A stretch of 64,000 bases of DNA, from assembly GCA_028872915.1 (NCBI GenBank), contig JAGWNY010000014.1, forward strand, positions 3,739 to 67,738, in the 5' to 3' direction. Both the position numbers and the translations under genes were made by a program. Under the pieces are notes generated by a model. It saw nothing but the letters and a program-made list of their open reading frames with translations, was not told the origin of the DNA and made no database searches. This DNA comes from Verrucomicrobiota bacterium (GTDB lineage: Bacteria; Verrucomicrobiota; Verrucomicrobiia; Limisphaerales; UBA11358). Of this stretch, positions 7,537-17,405 are shown in pieces (the first letter of the stretch is position 1; every line of letters begins with the position of its first letter).

Positions 7537-10410
7537 TCAGTCCGAGAGCGCTTTCACCCCGGCCTCGGTGGCCGCAAGCTCGTTCCGCCTCTGCCGAAGC
7601 CGGGTCTCATGCTCTTCCAGGACAGCCGCCGGAACTTTCCCGGTGAAATGCGGGTCGGCGAGCTTTTGGCTCACTTTGGCAATTTCGGCCTGGATTTTTT
7701 CGCGCGCCTTTTCAAGCCGCCCCCTTTCAGCGGCGATGTCCACGAGGCCTTCGACGGGCAAATACAACGCCCCGAATTCGTGGCGGATGGACAGAATATG
7801 TTTTCCGGGTTGAAAATTTGGGGCGATTTCAATCGCCCCGGCGCCCAGCAGCAATTTCAAAATCTCCACGTCTTCCGGCACGATGGGTTGGGCGGGCTGG
7901 AAGATGAATTTCACCTTTTTATTGGCCGGAATATTCGCCGTCCGGCGCAGATTGCGGCCTTGCACGATGAAGGCATTGCGCAATTCGATCAATCTTTCCT
8001 GCGATTCGTCCAGCCCGTAGTGGGATTTGAAGTCGTCGCCAAGCGATTTGGGCCAGGGGGCAAACATGATGGTTTTGCCGCCCTGATCGGCGGGCATGTC
8101 CCCGGCGTAGCCCATCCCGCGCCATAATTCCTCCGTAATGAACGGCAGAAATGGATGTAGGAGGCGAAGGACGTGGGAGAGGACGAAATCAGTGACGGCC
8201 AGAATGTTGGACTTGCCAGCGCCGGTTTGGGCCAGGGTCGCCTTCCTGGTTTCGAGATACCAATCGCAAAATTCGCTCCAGAAAAAGCGGTAAAGCGTGG
8301 CCGTCACATCGCTGAACTTGTACTCGCAAAAGGCGGTGTTGATTTCACGGATGGCCCGATCCAATTTGAGCAGGACCCATTTGTCGTCAGCCATCAACAG
8401 CGCGGGTTCGATCTCTCCCTGCACTTCGCCTTGTTGCATCTGCCGGAAACGGCAGGCGTTCCACACTTTGTTGCAAAAATTGCGGCCCAGTTCGACGTTT
8501 TGCTCGTCGAACAGCACGTCCTGGCCAAGCGGCGCGCTCCGCATGGCGCCGAACCGCAGCGCATCGGCGCTGTATTTGGCGATGAGATCGAGCGGGTCGG
8601 GTGAGTTGCCCAGGCTTTTGGACATCTTCCGCCCCTGTTTGTCGCGGATAATCCCCGTGAAATACACGTTATGAAACGGCAGTTGGCCCATGAATTCGTA
8701 TCCGGCCATGATCATCCGCGCCACCCAAAAGAAAATGATGTCCGGTCCAGTGACCAGATCGGTGGTGGGATAAAATTTTTGCAGGGTTTCGTTGCCGGAA
8801 TCCGCGTCTGGATTGCCGGTCCATCCCATCGTCGCAAATGGCCAGAGCCAGGAACTGAACCACGTATCGAGCACGTCGGGGTCCTGCGCAAAACCTAACC
8901 GCTCCAATTGTTGCACAATCTCTTCCTGGCCCGGCGGAATGGCGATGAAACGCCGAATTTCCCCCGCCATTCCCTCTGATTGGCCGGAATCGCGGGCGGG
9001 AAGCCGTGAATAAACGCACCCTCTTTCCTCCAATCCACCTAAAAATTTTTCGAGGTCCAGTCCCTTGGAACCAGCAATGGACAATGTGTCGGGTCCAGGT
9101 GACCAAACCGGAATCCGGTGCCCCCACCAAAGCTGCCGGCTGATGCACCAATCCTCCAAATTCGCCATCCAATGGTCATACACCCTGGCCCAGCGCTGCG
9201 GATGAAATCGTATTTTTTCAGCGGATGCCGCATCTGGGGCGGAGACTTCATCGTGCTGAATACTGTCCCGCGCCTTGACCACGCCTGGGTACTTCAAAAA
9301 CCATTGTTCGCTGAGGCGGGGTTCAATCGGCGCGTCGGCGCGTTCGCTGAAGCCGACGTTGTTGGTATATGGCTCCTCCTTTTCCAGCGCGCCCAGCTCG
9401 CGCAACTTGTCGGCCGCGATTTGCCGCGCTTTGAATCGGTCCAGGCCTTTCAAATCGGCGCCGGCGGCGGGGTTCATCCGGCCGGCCGGATCAATAACTT
9501 CAATTAGCGGCAAGGCATGCCGTCGGCCGATCTCAAAATCCGCCTTGTCATGGGCGGGTGTGACCTTCAGGACGCCGGTGCCAAATTTAAAGTCCACGTG
9601 TTCGTCACCAATGATGGGAATGAGTTTCTTTTCCCGTGCCAGCTCGGAGGGCAGGGGTCGGATGGCGTGCCGGCCGATGAAGCGTGCGTGGCGCGGATCC
9701 GCCGGATTGACGGCAATGGCGGTATCACCGGGAATCGTCTCCGGGCGCGTGGTGGCAATTGTCAGAAAGACGCCGGGTTGCTCGGCAACGGAGACTTTGA
9801 AATAAAACATGGTTCCCTTCTGCTCTTTCATCACGACTTCCTCGTCGGATAGGGCGGTGAGGGAAACGGGACACCAATTGACCATGCGTTTTCCCCGATA
9901 AATCAGGCCCTTTTTATACAATTCCACGAAGGCTTGTTGGACACACTGCGAATATGCGGCATCCATGGTGAACCGTTCGCGGGACCAATCGCATGAGCAG
10001 CCAAGCTTTTTCAGTTGTTGGACAATGATGCCGCCGTGTTTTTCCTTCCATTCCCTCACCCGTTCAAGAAATTTTTCGCGCCCGAGGTCGTCGCGATGCC
10101 GGATGTCCCCGGATTTCTTCAAGGCCCGCTCCACGACGGTCTGGGTGGCGATGCCGGCGTGGTCCGTGCCCGGAAGCCATAGCACTTCGCGGCCTTCCAT
10201 CCGCGCCTTGCGCGCGAGTATGTCCTGGATGGTATTGTTGAGCACGTGGCCCATGGTCAGCGCGCCGGTTACGTTCGGCGGCGGGATGACAATGGAGTAG
10301 GTCGGTTTCGGCGACTTCGGATCAGCGGTGAATAATCCGCCTTCATGCCAGATTCGAAGCCATTTTTCCTCCACCGAATGTGGTTCGTAGGCCTTCGGGA
10401 TTTCGCTCAT
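7537..10410 (-). CDS. valS: valine--tRNA ligase
   Basis: 957 aa. Class I HIGH-type motif (PPPNVTGALTMGHVLN), KMSKSLGN motif and a C-terminal coiled coil, with ValRS-typical blocks throughout. Confidence 0.95.
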   Translation of the reverse strand: MSEIPKAYEPHSVEEKWLRIWHEGGLFTADPKSPKPTYSIVIPPPNVTGALTMGHVLNNTIQDILARKARMEGREVLWLPGTDHAGIATQTVVERALKKSGDIRHRDDLGREKFLERVREWKEKHGGIIVQQLKKLGCSCDWSRERFTMDAAYSQCVQQAFVELYKKGLIYRGKRMVNWCPVSLTALSDEEVVMKEQKGTMFYFKVSVAEQPGVFLTIATTRPETIPGDTAIAVNPADPRHARFIGRHAIRPLPSELAREKKLIPIIGDEHVDFKFGTGVLKVTPAHDKADFEIGRRHALPLIEVIDPAGRMNPAAGADLKGLDRFKARQIAADKLRELGALEKEEPYTNNVGFSERADAPIEPRLSEQWFLKYPGVVKARDSIQHDEVSAPDAASAEKIRFHPQRWARVYDHWMANLEDWCISRQLWWGHRIPVWSPGPDTLSIAGSKGLDLEKFLGGLEERGCVYSRLPARDSGQSEGMAGEIRRFIAIPPGQEEIVQQLERLGFAQDPDVLDTWFSSWLWPFATMGWTGNPDADSGNETLQKFYPTTDLVTGPDIIFFWVARMIMAGYEFMGQLPFHNVYFTGIIRDKQGRKMSKSLGNSPDPLDLIAKYSADALRFGAMRSAPLGQDVLFDEQNVELGRNFCNKVWNACRFRQMQQGEVQGEIEPALLMADDKWVLLKLDRAIREINTAFCEYKFSDVTATLYRFFWSEFCDWYLETRKATLAQTGAGKSNILAVTDFVLSHVLRLLHPFLPFITEELWRGMGYAGDMPADQGGKTIMFAPWPKSLGDDFKSHYGLDESQERLIELRNAFIVQGRNLRRTANIPANKKVKFIFQPAQPIVPEDVEILKLLLGAGAIEIAPNFQPGKHILSIRHEFGALYLPVEGLVDIAAERGRLEKAREKIQAEIAKVSQKLADPHFTGKVPAAVLEEHETRLRQRRNELAATEAGVKALSD

Positions 10411-10826
10411 GGATAGTGTAACGGAATGACGTCAATTCCCCCGATTTGGCGGAAGTGCTTGTCATAGCTTGCGGCCCGGGATACGCCCAGTCGCCGCATC
10501 ACGGCAAACGATAGGGCGTCGCACAATGAATAGGTTTTGTCTGGATGAAGACGCAAAATTTCCATGGCGGTGGTTTGATCGCGATGTGTGATCTCCTCAA
10601 TCTTGACAACGGGATTTTGCCAAAGGTCCCCAAGGACAAGCGCCCGTTTCCTGGAATTGCGTGAAAAGGCCGCGTGAATTTCGCAAAGGACCGGCAGGGT
10701 CGTCACGAATTGTATGTGGCGAAGGAGCAATTCCCTGACGATGTCTGCCGCTTCCGGCTGGTGCGCCTCGTTCTCGCTGCGATACGTGACCCAAAAGGAG
10801 GCATCGAGAAATACCCGGTTTGTCAT
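10407..10826 (-). CDS. vapC: PIN-domain ribonuclease toxin (VapC-like)
   Basis: 139 aa with the PIN acidic residues in context (VFLDASF, LCEIH, SLCDALS, SYDKHF). The stop overlaps the valS ATG (ATGA) and the start overlaps the upstream antitoxin stop. Confidence 0.8.
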   Translation of the reverse strand: MTNRVFLDASFWVTYRSENEAHQPEAADIVRELLLRHIQFVTTLPVLCEIHAAFSRNSRKRALVLGDLWQNPVVKIEEITHRDQTTAMEILRLHPDKTYSLCDALSFAVMRRLGVSRAASYDKHFRQIGGIDVIPLHYP

Positions 10827-11281
10827 TGCGATTCGTCCAGTTTCTCGATCATTTTGTCGTATGCCTTCTGTCTGGCTGGATTGGAATAATAGTCTTCAGG
10901 CAGGGGCGGGGCTTCGGCGAATTTGCCATTTACTTTTATCCAGTCTTTGGGGCATCCGTATAGATAATGATCCAGGTTGATCCCGGCGTCTTCGCGGCTT
11001 TCTCCCGCGCCGTCGCGCGGCGTCGGCCGCAGCATGGGATTATTGGTCCACGCTTCTTCCGAAATCTCCATCTTTTCGTCTATGTAGCTCCGAATCACCG
11101 ACGCCATCGTCCGCTCGCCGCGCGCGGCCTCGCGCCGCAGGAATTCGTGTTCGCCTTTGTCCAGATAAATTTGTGTCCGCACCATCGGCGCTTCCTCAAT
11201 TTCTTCAGCAAGGGCGCCGTCTTTCAATTCCAGCGCCGATCCTTTGGATTCTATTTGCCGTCTTGTTTTGGACCTTTTCAT
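10823..11281 (-). CDS. vapB: ribbon-helix-helix (CopG/MetJ-type) antitoxin, VapB-like, with long C-terminal extension
   Basis: VRTQIYLDKGEHEFLRREAARGERTMASVIRSYIDE is a typical RHH unit. It lies directly upstream of, and overlaps, the PIN gene. An alternative ATG start at 11185 would begin right at the RHH unit. Confidence 0.6.
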   Translation of the reverse strand: MKRSKTRRQIESKGSALELKDGALAEEIEEAPMVRTQIYLDKGEHEFLRREAARGERTMASVIRSYIDEKMEISEEAWTNNPMLRPTPRDGAGESREDAGINLDHYLYGCPKDWIKVNGKFAEAPPLPEDYYSNPARQKAYDKMIEKLDESQ

Positions 11282-11328
11282 TTCGATAAATATACATCCC
11301 GCTGTATAGATGTCAAGCGCCCGCTTTT

Positions 11329-12885
11329 TTATCGCATGAGTGTGAATTCAATCGAATCTACCAACGCTTGCAGGCTGGCTTCGATGATATTTTCGCTCAC
11401 GCCCACGGTGCCCCATTCGCGGTGTCCGTCGGTGGATTGGATGAGGACGCGCGTTTTGGCCGCTGTGCCGGTGGCGGAATCGAGGATTCGGACTTTATAA
11501 TCGGTCAAGCTGACGGTTTTGAGGCGCGGAAAGGATTTGGCGAGGGCCAGGCGGAGGGCGCCGTCGAGGGCATTGACGGGGCCATCGCCTTCGGCGACTT
11601 CATGATAATGTTGTTTGCCAACGCGCAAGCGCACGGTCGCTTCGCAAATGGATTCGCGGGCATCCCGGCGCATGGAGACATGATAGGTCTCGATGTCAAA
11701 GGATGGTTCGCGCCGTTTGATGGTTTTGGCAATGAGTAGGGCCAGGGAACCTTCCGCGGCCTCATATTCGTAACCTGCGTTTTCAAGTTCTTTGACCCGC
11801 GCGGTGATCGCCTTGAGTTCGGCGGTATCGGGTTTTAGTTTGAATCCCAATTCACCCGCTTTCATGAGTATGTTGGTGCGCCCGGACATGTCGCTGATGA
11901 GGACGCGGCGGGTATTGCCGACGGCCGACGGTTGTATGTGTTCGTAGCTGTGGGCGACGCGGCCAATGGCGTGAACGTGCATTCCGCCTTTATGGGCAAA
12001 AGCGGTGGCGCCCACCCACGGCTGGCGGGGGTTATGGCGTACGTTGGCGATTTCATCCACAAACTCGGATAATTCCTTGAGCTTGGGCAGCGAGGCTGCC
12101 GGCACGCCTGACTGCTTCATTTTGAAATGGAGCAGTGGAATGACGCTCACGAGGTTGCAGTTGCCGGTGCGCTCGCCATAGCCGTTGATCGTGCCTTGAA
12201 CCTGGCTCGCCCCGGCCTCGATTGCGGCCAGGGCATTGGCGACGCCCACGCCGCAGTCGTCATGCGTGTGAATCCCGACGGGACATTTCAAATGGCCCTT
12301 GGCGGTGGAAGTGATCCGGGCAATGTCCCGGGGAAGGCAACCGCCATTGGTGTCACATAATATGACGGCATCCGCGCCGGCTTTTTCCGCGGCCTGCCAC
12401 GTCGCCAGCGCGTAGTCGGCCTCGTCCTTGAAGCCATCAAACGAATGTTCCGCGTCGTAGAAAACGGTCTTCCCGCGATCCTTGAGGTACCGGATCGTGT
12501 CGCTGATCATCGCAAGGTTTTCATCGGGTGTGGCGCGCAGGACTTCGGTCACGTGCAGCAGCCACGTTTTTCCGACGATGGTCGCCACCGGCGTGCGGGC
12601 TTCGAGTATTTGGCGCATCAATTCATCGCGTTCCACCGGAACGCCCTTGCGCCGGGTCATGCTGAAGGCCGCAACGCGGGCGTGACGCCATTTCCGGCGG
12701 GCGGCCTCTTTGAAGAATTCAAGGTCCTTGGGATTGCTGCCGGGCCAGCCGCCCTCTATGTAATGGACGCCGAAGCCGTCGAGTTTTTCGGCAATCCGCA
12801 GCTTGTCCACAACCGAGAAATTGATGCCCTCGCCCTGCGATCCATCGCGCAGGGTCGTATCGTATATTTCCACCTGGGGTTTCAT
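11329..12885 (-). CDS. cimA: citramalate synthase (LeuA/CimA family, with C-terminal LeuA-dimer regulatory domain)
   Basis: MKPQVEIYDTTLRDGSQGEGINFSVVDKLRIAEKLD...HYIEGGWPGSNPKD and HTHDDCGVGVANALAAIEAGA. The track start at 12906 is a TTG, so the ATG at 12885 is preferred. Confidence 0.8.
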   Translation of the reverse strand: MKPQVEIYDTTLRDGSQGEGINFSVVDKLRIAEKLDGFGVHYIEGGWPGSNPKDLEFFKEAARRKWRHARVAAFSMTRRKGVPVERDELMRQILEARTPVATIVGKTWLLHVTEVLRATPDENLAMISDTIRYLKDRGKTVFYDAEHSFDGFKDEADYALATWQAAEKAGADAVILCDTNGGCLPRDIARITSTAKGHLKCPVGIHTHDDCGVGVANALAAIEAGASQVQGTINGYGERTGNCNLVSVIPLLHFKMKQSGVPAASLPKLKELSEFVDEIANVRHNPRQPWVGATAFAHKGGMHVHAIGRVAHSYEHIQPSAVGNTRRVLISDMSGRTNILMKAGELGFKLKPDTAELKAITARVKELENAGYEYEAAEGSLALLIAKTIKRREPSFDIETYHVSMRRDARESICEATVRLRVGKQHYHEVAEGDGPVNALDGALRLALAKSFPRLKTVSLTDYKVRILDSATGTAAKTRVLIQSTDGHREWGTVGVSENIIEASLQALVDSIEFTLMR

Positions 12886-12942
12886 AGCAAGCTGTAAAAA
12901 CGGCAAAACAGTATTGCCGATTCCGCCGCCCGTGGCAAAGCT

Positions 12943-13749
12943 TTAACGCTCTAGGTTGAATTTCGGGCATTGCCTCAAAAAGGCCCGCGGATTTTCGAAA
13001 ATGAGCCGATCAATGGCTTTGGCTCCATGGCCGCGTCGTTTCATTTCCAGCGCGGCTTTTGGTACGGCCAGAGGATCGCTCATTCCCCAGTCGCAGGCGC
13101 TGTTGAGCCAAAGGCGTTCGCCGCCGTGTTTTTCGAAGATGTCAATGGCGCGGGCCGGAGTGCATTTGGTTTCAGGATAAAGTGTCACGCCGGCCCAAAA
13201 GCCCGCGTCTAAAACCATCCTGGCTGTATGTTCCTCGACGTGGTCAATGATGCAACGTCCCGGTTGGATGCGCTTGTCGTTTTTCAGCACGTCCAGGATC
13301 AGTTTCGTGCCCTTGAGTTTGTCTTCCAGATGCGGCGTGTGGACCAGGATCAATTGGTCGAACCGCGCGGCCATGTCCACCTGCATTTCCAGCGCGCGCA
13401 GTTCATTGCGCGAGTTTTTGTTCAGCCCGATCTCGCCGATACCGAGAACGTTCGGACGATCCAGAAACGAAGGAACCAGGGCGATGGCTTCCGCCGCGAG
13501 TTTGACGTCTTCGGCTTCCTTGGGATTGATGCAAAGCCAGCAGAAATGCTTGAGGCCGTATCTTGCCGCGCGTCTGGGTTCATGTTCGGTGAGCTGGAAA
13601 AAATAATCACGAAATCCTTCAGCGGCGCGGCGGTCGAAGCCGGCCCAGAAAGCCGGCTCGCACACCGCCTGGCAGCCGGCCAGGGCCATGCGTTCATAAT
13701 CGTCGGTGACGCGGCTGACCATGTGGGCGTGGGGCTCGATGTAGCGCAT
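12943..13749 (-). CDS. TatD-family metal-dependent hydrolase
   Basis: MRYIEPHAHM (HxH metal site), GIGEIGLN and LILVHTPH blocks typical of TatD-related hydrolases. Confidence 0.7.
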   Translation of the reverse strand: MRYIEPHAHMVSRVTDDYERMALAGCQAVCEPAFWAGFDRRAAEGFRDYFFQLTEHEPRRAARYGLKHFCWLCINPKEAEDVKLAAEAIALVPSFLDRPNVLGIGEIGLNKNSRNELRALEMQVDMAARFDQLILVHTPHLEDKLKGTKLILDVLKNDKRIQPGRCIIDHVEEHTARMVLDAGFWAGVTLYPETKCTPARAIDIFEKHGGERLWLNSACDWGMSDPLAVPKAALEMKRRGHGAKAIDRLIFENPRAFLRQCPKFNLER

Positions 13750-13795
13750 GGGTGGTGAATAAGCGGGAAACCGGTCAAATTGTTCCGCTCAATTC

Positions 13796-14074
13796 TCAAC
13801 TCGGCCGTCTCTCAACCTGCCGCTGCCAGGCGCCGCAAGCGCCTTTCGTTTCGGCTTTTGCCACGGGTTCAGCGGTGGGATCGCTCAACGCCAGCAGGAT
13901 GCGTTCGGCCCTGTCAGCCTTGCCAGGCAGTTGATCGAGCGCGGCATGAAACGCTTCTGCGCGAAAATCGGCGGCGCTATCGGCGCGGTCGAGGCGGTCG
14001 AGAAAGGCCGCGATTTCCACGAGTTTGTGCCGGGCATCCAGGAAATACAGGTCCAGGATTTGTGTCTTGGTCAT
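13796..14074 (-). CDS. hypothetical protein (about 92 aa, helical)
   Basis: ORF in the same orientation as its neighbours. The start is set at the internal ATG (MTKTQILDLYFLDARHKLVEIAAFLDRL...). No family recognised. Confidence 0.35.
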   Translation of the reverse strand: MTKTQILDLYFLDARHKLVEIAAFLDRLDRADSAADFRAEAFHAALDQLPGKADRAERILLALSDPTAEPVAKAETKGACGAWQRQVERRPS

Positions 14075-14124
14075 GAGTTCATCATTCTTGTTCGGATGAA
14101 ATGTCCCATGCCCCGACGGAGGAT

Positions 14125-14916
14125 TCAATGGGAATCGGTTTCGTTCATCCATTTGAGAATTTGCCGGGCGGATTCGAGGGGCGCGGTGGCAAGGACGTTA
14201 TGATCCGCCCGGATGATTTTGCAGCCCCGCAGGCCATTGCAGTTTTTTACAAGCCACCGTTTCACCGGCAGCCAGGGAACGATCGGATCAAGAATGCCGG
14301 CGAGCGCAAACACCGGCGCGGCAACGCTTTTCGCGGTTTGGCGCGGATCATTGTGCGCGACGAGATGGAGGCGATATTGCGCCGCCTGAATATCCAATGG
14401 GGTGCGGCGTTCGAGGAATTCGTCGAGGGTGGCGGCCGTTTCGGGCGATTTCCGGAAGCGAAAACGCGCGATCTTTGAGTAGCCGAAGATGACCCGGCAG
14501 ATCAGGTTCAGGAATCGCCGGCCAAACAGTCTTTCCGCCCATCGAATGGCGCCCCGCAGGGGATGTTTGACAAAACCGCCCGCCAAAATAATTCCGACCG
14601 CTTTGAACCGTTTGCGGGCGATTATCGCCCATAATACCTGCGAACCGAACGATTCGCCCAGCAACCAACCGCTCTCAATGCCATCGTCCGCCAAGGCGCC
14701 TTCAACGGCTGCGGCATATTCATCCAATGACCAGGTGAGCGTCCGCGGATACGTCGTCTCAATGAAACGGACTTTTCCAACGACCGCCCTGCGAAAGCCG
14801 CTGATGAGCGTCCAATCTCCATGCATTCCGGGCAGATAAACGAGCGTGGCGGGCAGGCCGGGGTCTCCGTGGACGCGAGCTTGCAGTGTCTCTTCCATGA
14901 AGAGCATTCTCGGCAC
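14125..14916 (-). CDS. alpha/beta-fold hydrolase
   Basis: LVYLPGMHGDW (oxyanion region) and the nucleophile elbow GESFGS, with a length typical of the fold. Confidence 0.6.
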   Translation of the reverse strand: MPRMLFMEETLQARVHGDPGLPATLVYLPGMHGDWTLISGFRRAVVGKVRFIETTYPRTLTWSLDEYAAAVEGALADDGIESGWLLGESFGSQVLWAIIARKRFKAVGIILAGGFVKHPLRGAIRWAERLFGRRFLNLICRVIFGYSKIARFRFRKSPETAATLDEFLERRTPLDIQAAQYRLHLVAHNDPRQTAKSVAAPVFALAGILDPIVPWLPVKRWLVKNCNGLRGCKIIRADHNVLATAPLESARQILKWMNETDSH

Positions 14917-15008
14917 GGGGAGGATTGAAAGCGATGCTTTTTGACACGGAGCGCGCCGCTCTCAACGTGCGAGTGTGGGAGAGGACCGCTTGACAGCGCG
15001 GCAAGGGG

Positions 15009-16181
15009 ATGAACAATGGCCGCATGAAATTGGATGGAGTGAAGGGGAGGTTAATGGCGCTCTGGCCGCAGGTGCCGCTGGCGTTGATTATCATCTTCGC
15101 GGGAGCGGTCGGGCTTTTGGAGGGTTTCAACCTCCCGTTGACGGCGTTTCAACACGTAAAAGCGTTGAACGGGCTGGGGCAATCCTTGAATGTCCTTGGG
15201 GGGACGGCGCAGGTGATTTTAGGCTCCATGCTGGCGGTCGCGGGAATTGGGTTGTTGCGACGCTTCAGCTTCGCGTGGACGCTCGCGGTCTGGCTGCTGA
15301 TTATCACCGCCGGCGTGGGAATTGCGCGAAAGGAATTTGGGCCGAGTCTTTGGCTGCAGATCGCGCTTCTGGGCGTGCTTTGGGGCACAAGGCGTCATTT
15401 TACGCGGCGGACGGTCCTGGCCAGCCTGATGTTTTCGCTCAGCAGTATCGTCGCGGTGTTGATTTACGGGATTGTGGGCAGCCTGGTATTGGGAAAGGGG
15501 TTTCGGCCTCCGATTGATGACTTGAACAATGCGGTCTATTACACCATCGTGACCTTGTCCACGGTGGGTTATGGCGACATTGTGCCGGTCACCACCGAGG
15601 CCCGATGGTTTGCGATATCGTTGTTGGCGGTGGGCTTGGGTGTTTTTGCAAGCGCCATCGCGTCCACGCTCGGCCCGAAAATTTCGCTGGAATTTCAACG
15701 ATTGTTTAATCCAAAGGAAAAACGCATGGAGCGAAAAAATCATATCATTCTGGCGGGCGAGGGAGCGGTGGCGCGCAACGTGGCGCGGGAATTTAAGCGG
15801 CGCGGCGTGGAATTTGTGCAGATTGCGGCGTCGGCCTCGCGGGTGCCGGCGGGGGAATTCGAACACGAAATCGTCGAGGGAGACGCGACCAATGACGCCG
15901 TGTTGCGTTCGGTGGGAATTGGGCGGGCGCGGATGGTGATTGCAGCGCGGGAAGACGACGGAGAGAACGCCTTTATCGCGCTGATTGCCAAGGACCTCAA
16001 TTCCCAGGCGCAGGTGCTGGCGGTCGCGAGTTCGATACTGTCCATCCGGCGCCTGAAGCTGGCGGGAGCCGACATTGTATTTTCGCCGGCCGCGGTCGGC
16101 AGCCGTTTGCTGGCCGACTTGGTGGAGGGGCGCGAGATTGCCCCGCAATTTCATGATTTGCTGCAGGGTCTTAAGCCGTAA
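15009..16181 (+). CDS. potassium channel protein with C-terminal RCK/TrkA-N domain
   Basis: Selectivity filter TLSTVGYGDIVP preceded by TM helices. A Rossmann-like RCK start HIILAGEGAVARNVAREF follows. Confidence 0.8.
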   Translation: MNNGRMKLDGVKGRLMALWPQVPLALIIIFAGAVGLLEGFNLPLTAFQHVKALNGLGQSLNVLGGTAQVILGSMLAVAGIGLLRRFSFAWTLAVWLLIITAGVGIARKEFGPSLWLQIALLGVLWGTRRHFTRRTVLASLMFSLSSIVAVLIYGIVGSLVLGKGFRPPIDDLNNAVYYTIVTLSTVGYGDIVPVTTEARWFAISLLAVGLGVFASAIASTLGPKISLEFQRLFNPKEKRMERKNHIILAGEGAVARNVAREFKRRGVEFVQIAASASRVPAGEFEHEIVEGDATNDAVLRSVGIGRARMVIAAREDDGENAFIALIAKDLNSQAQVLAVASSILSIRRLKLAGADIVFSPAAVGSRLLADLVEGREIAPQFHDLLQGLKP

Positions 16182-16267
16182 CCATGCCCTTGGCCCGGAG
16201 CCGCGGAGGAATTTTCAGGCGGAATAAAACCGTGGAATAAAAAAAGGGGCTTGTTATCATTGCCGGG

Positions 16268-16627
16268 ATGCGGTTGTTTCAAATCATTTTCACTCCCACG
16301 AGCGCGGGCGAACTGGCGCGCATGCCCAAGGAGTTGCAGTTGCAAATTTTAGGGGATTTTCGTGGATTGCCACAACAGGTGGTGGGCACCGAACTGGATC
16401 AGTTTGGCAAGTTAACGCAGAACGGGAGGGTTTTGCACCGGTTCCGAATTGGCGATTACCGGGTGTATTTTGAACGGCATGAATTGGGGGTGCTGATCCA
16501 TCGGATATTGAGCCGCCACTCTCTCAAGGATTTTCTATACCGCTCGGGATTGAAGACCGGCGAAGACGAGGCGCTGGAGCAAAATCCCCGGTTCTGGGAA
16601 TTGATTGAATCCGCAAAGGACAGGTGA
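16268..16627 (+). CDS. RelE/ParE-superfamily toxin-like protein with C-terminal extension
   Basis: Core ...GKLTQNGRVLHRFRIGDYRVYFERHELGVLIHRILSRH matches the RelE/ParE beta-sheet pattern (RxRxGDYRxxY...V.I..I.HR). About 35 extra C-terminal residues. No adjacent antitoxin ORF. Confidence 0.5.
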   Translation: MRLFQIIFTPTSAGELARMPKELQLQILGDFRGLPQQVVGTELDQFGKLTQNGRVLHRFRIGDYRVYFERHELGVLIHRILSRHSLKDFLYRSGLKTGEDEALEQNPRFWELIESAKDR

Positions 16628-16643
16628 CAGCGGAGGCTGGGCC

Positions 16644-17405
16644 TCACGGAGGAAGGAGGTTCGGCGGATAGGCGGGATGCTTCGAGGCTTCAAGCGCGGC
16701 CCGTTGAACTTCAATGAGTGTCTTCAGTTGGTCAGCCGTCATGTTGCTGGGCGGCGGCTGGTAGGTGCGCTGGGTGGAAGCGGCTTCGAAAGGATTGACC
16801 AGGCTTTGACTCCCCGCCGGGCTTCCGGCCGCGCCATTCTCAAGGCCGCTGTTCATGGGACGAAAGCGTGCCGGGTTTCCACGACCGCCAAACCGGTAAA
16901 AGCGGTTGGCAGGCTCCGGAGGGCCATTATGAGCGGCGCCATAGGGAGGATGATACGACGTCCCGGATGACATGGGAGCGGGAGCGCCGCCGCCGGTCGA
17001 GACGGCGTTGGTCAACGTCAACTCTTCGGTAACGCCGTGGTTGTTGAAGGTGATGACGCCGCTTTTGGGGTCAATGTTGACGACTTCAATATCGTCCTGC
17101 CGCTGCCCTTTGGTTAAATTGTAATACTGGTCGGACGCGGGTTGGCCGGGGCTGGGGGGAGTGTGGACCTTGTACAAGGCGCTGACCTGGCCAAGAATGG
17201 ATTGTATTCCGGTGAGGGTGATCTCGACGGGCGGAGGCGCGGGTGTTAATGGCCCGGTATTGAGGCCTGGTGGATTCAAGCCAAAGATGTTTCGCTGGGC
17301 AATGATGGCATAGGGATTGCCGGTCAGGGAAGGCCCGGCCGGGGTTATTTGGAAGGCGGCGGCCAACGTCGGCGCCAGCGCGCCTAAAAAGCCGCTAAAA
17401 AGCAT
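16644..17405 (-). CDS. secreted proline-rich hypothetical protein (possible GspC/PilP-like beta domain)
   Basis: Start set at MLFSGFLGALAPTLAAA (signal peptide). The central ITLTGI...ALYKV...YNLTKGQRQDDIEVVNIDPKSGVITFNNHG resembles the small beta domain of GspC/PilP. The C-terminus is Pro/Gly rich. Confidence 0.45.
   Translation of the reverse strand: MLFSGFLGALAPTLAAAFQITPAGPSLTGNPYAIIAQRNIFGLNPPGLNTGPLTPAPPPVEITLTGIQSILGQVSALYKVHTPPSPGQPASDQYYNLTKGQRQDDIEVVNIDPKSGVITFNNHGVTEELTLTNAVSTGGGAPAPMSSGTSYHPPYGAAHNGPPEPANRFYRFGGRGNPARFRPMNSGLENGAAGSPAGSQSLVNPFEAASTQRTYQPPPSNMTADQLKTLIEVQRAALEASKHPAYPPNLLPP

Noticed and set aside
15219-16154. 311-aa minus-strand ORF
   Set aside because: It is antisense to the K+ channel/RCK gene (TVGYGD filter on the + strand), and its Arg-rich composition marks it as a shadow ORF.
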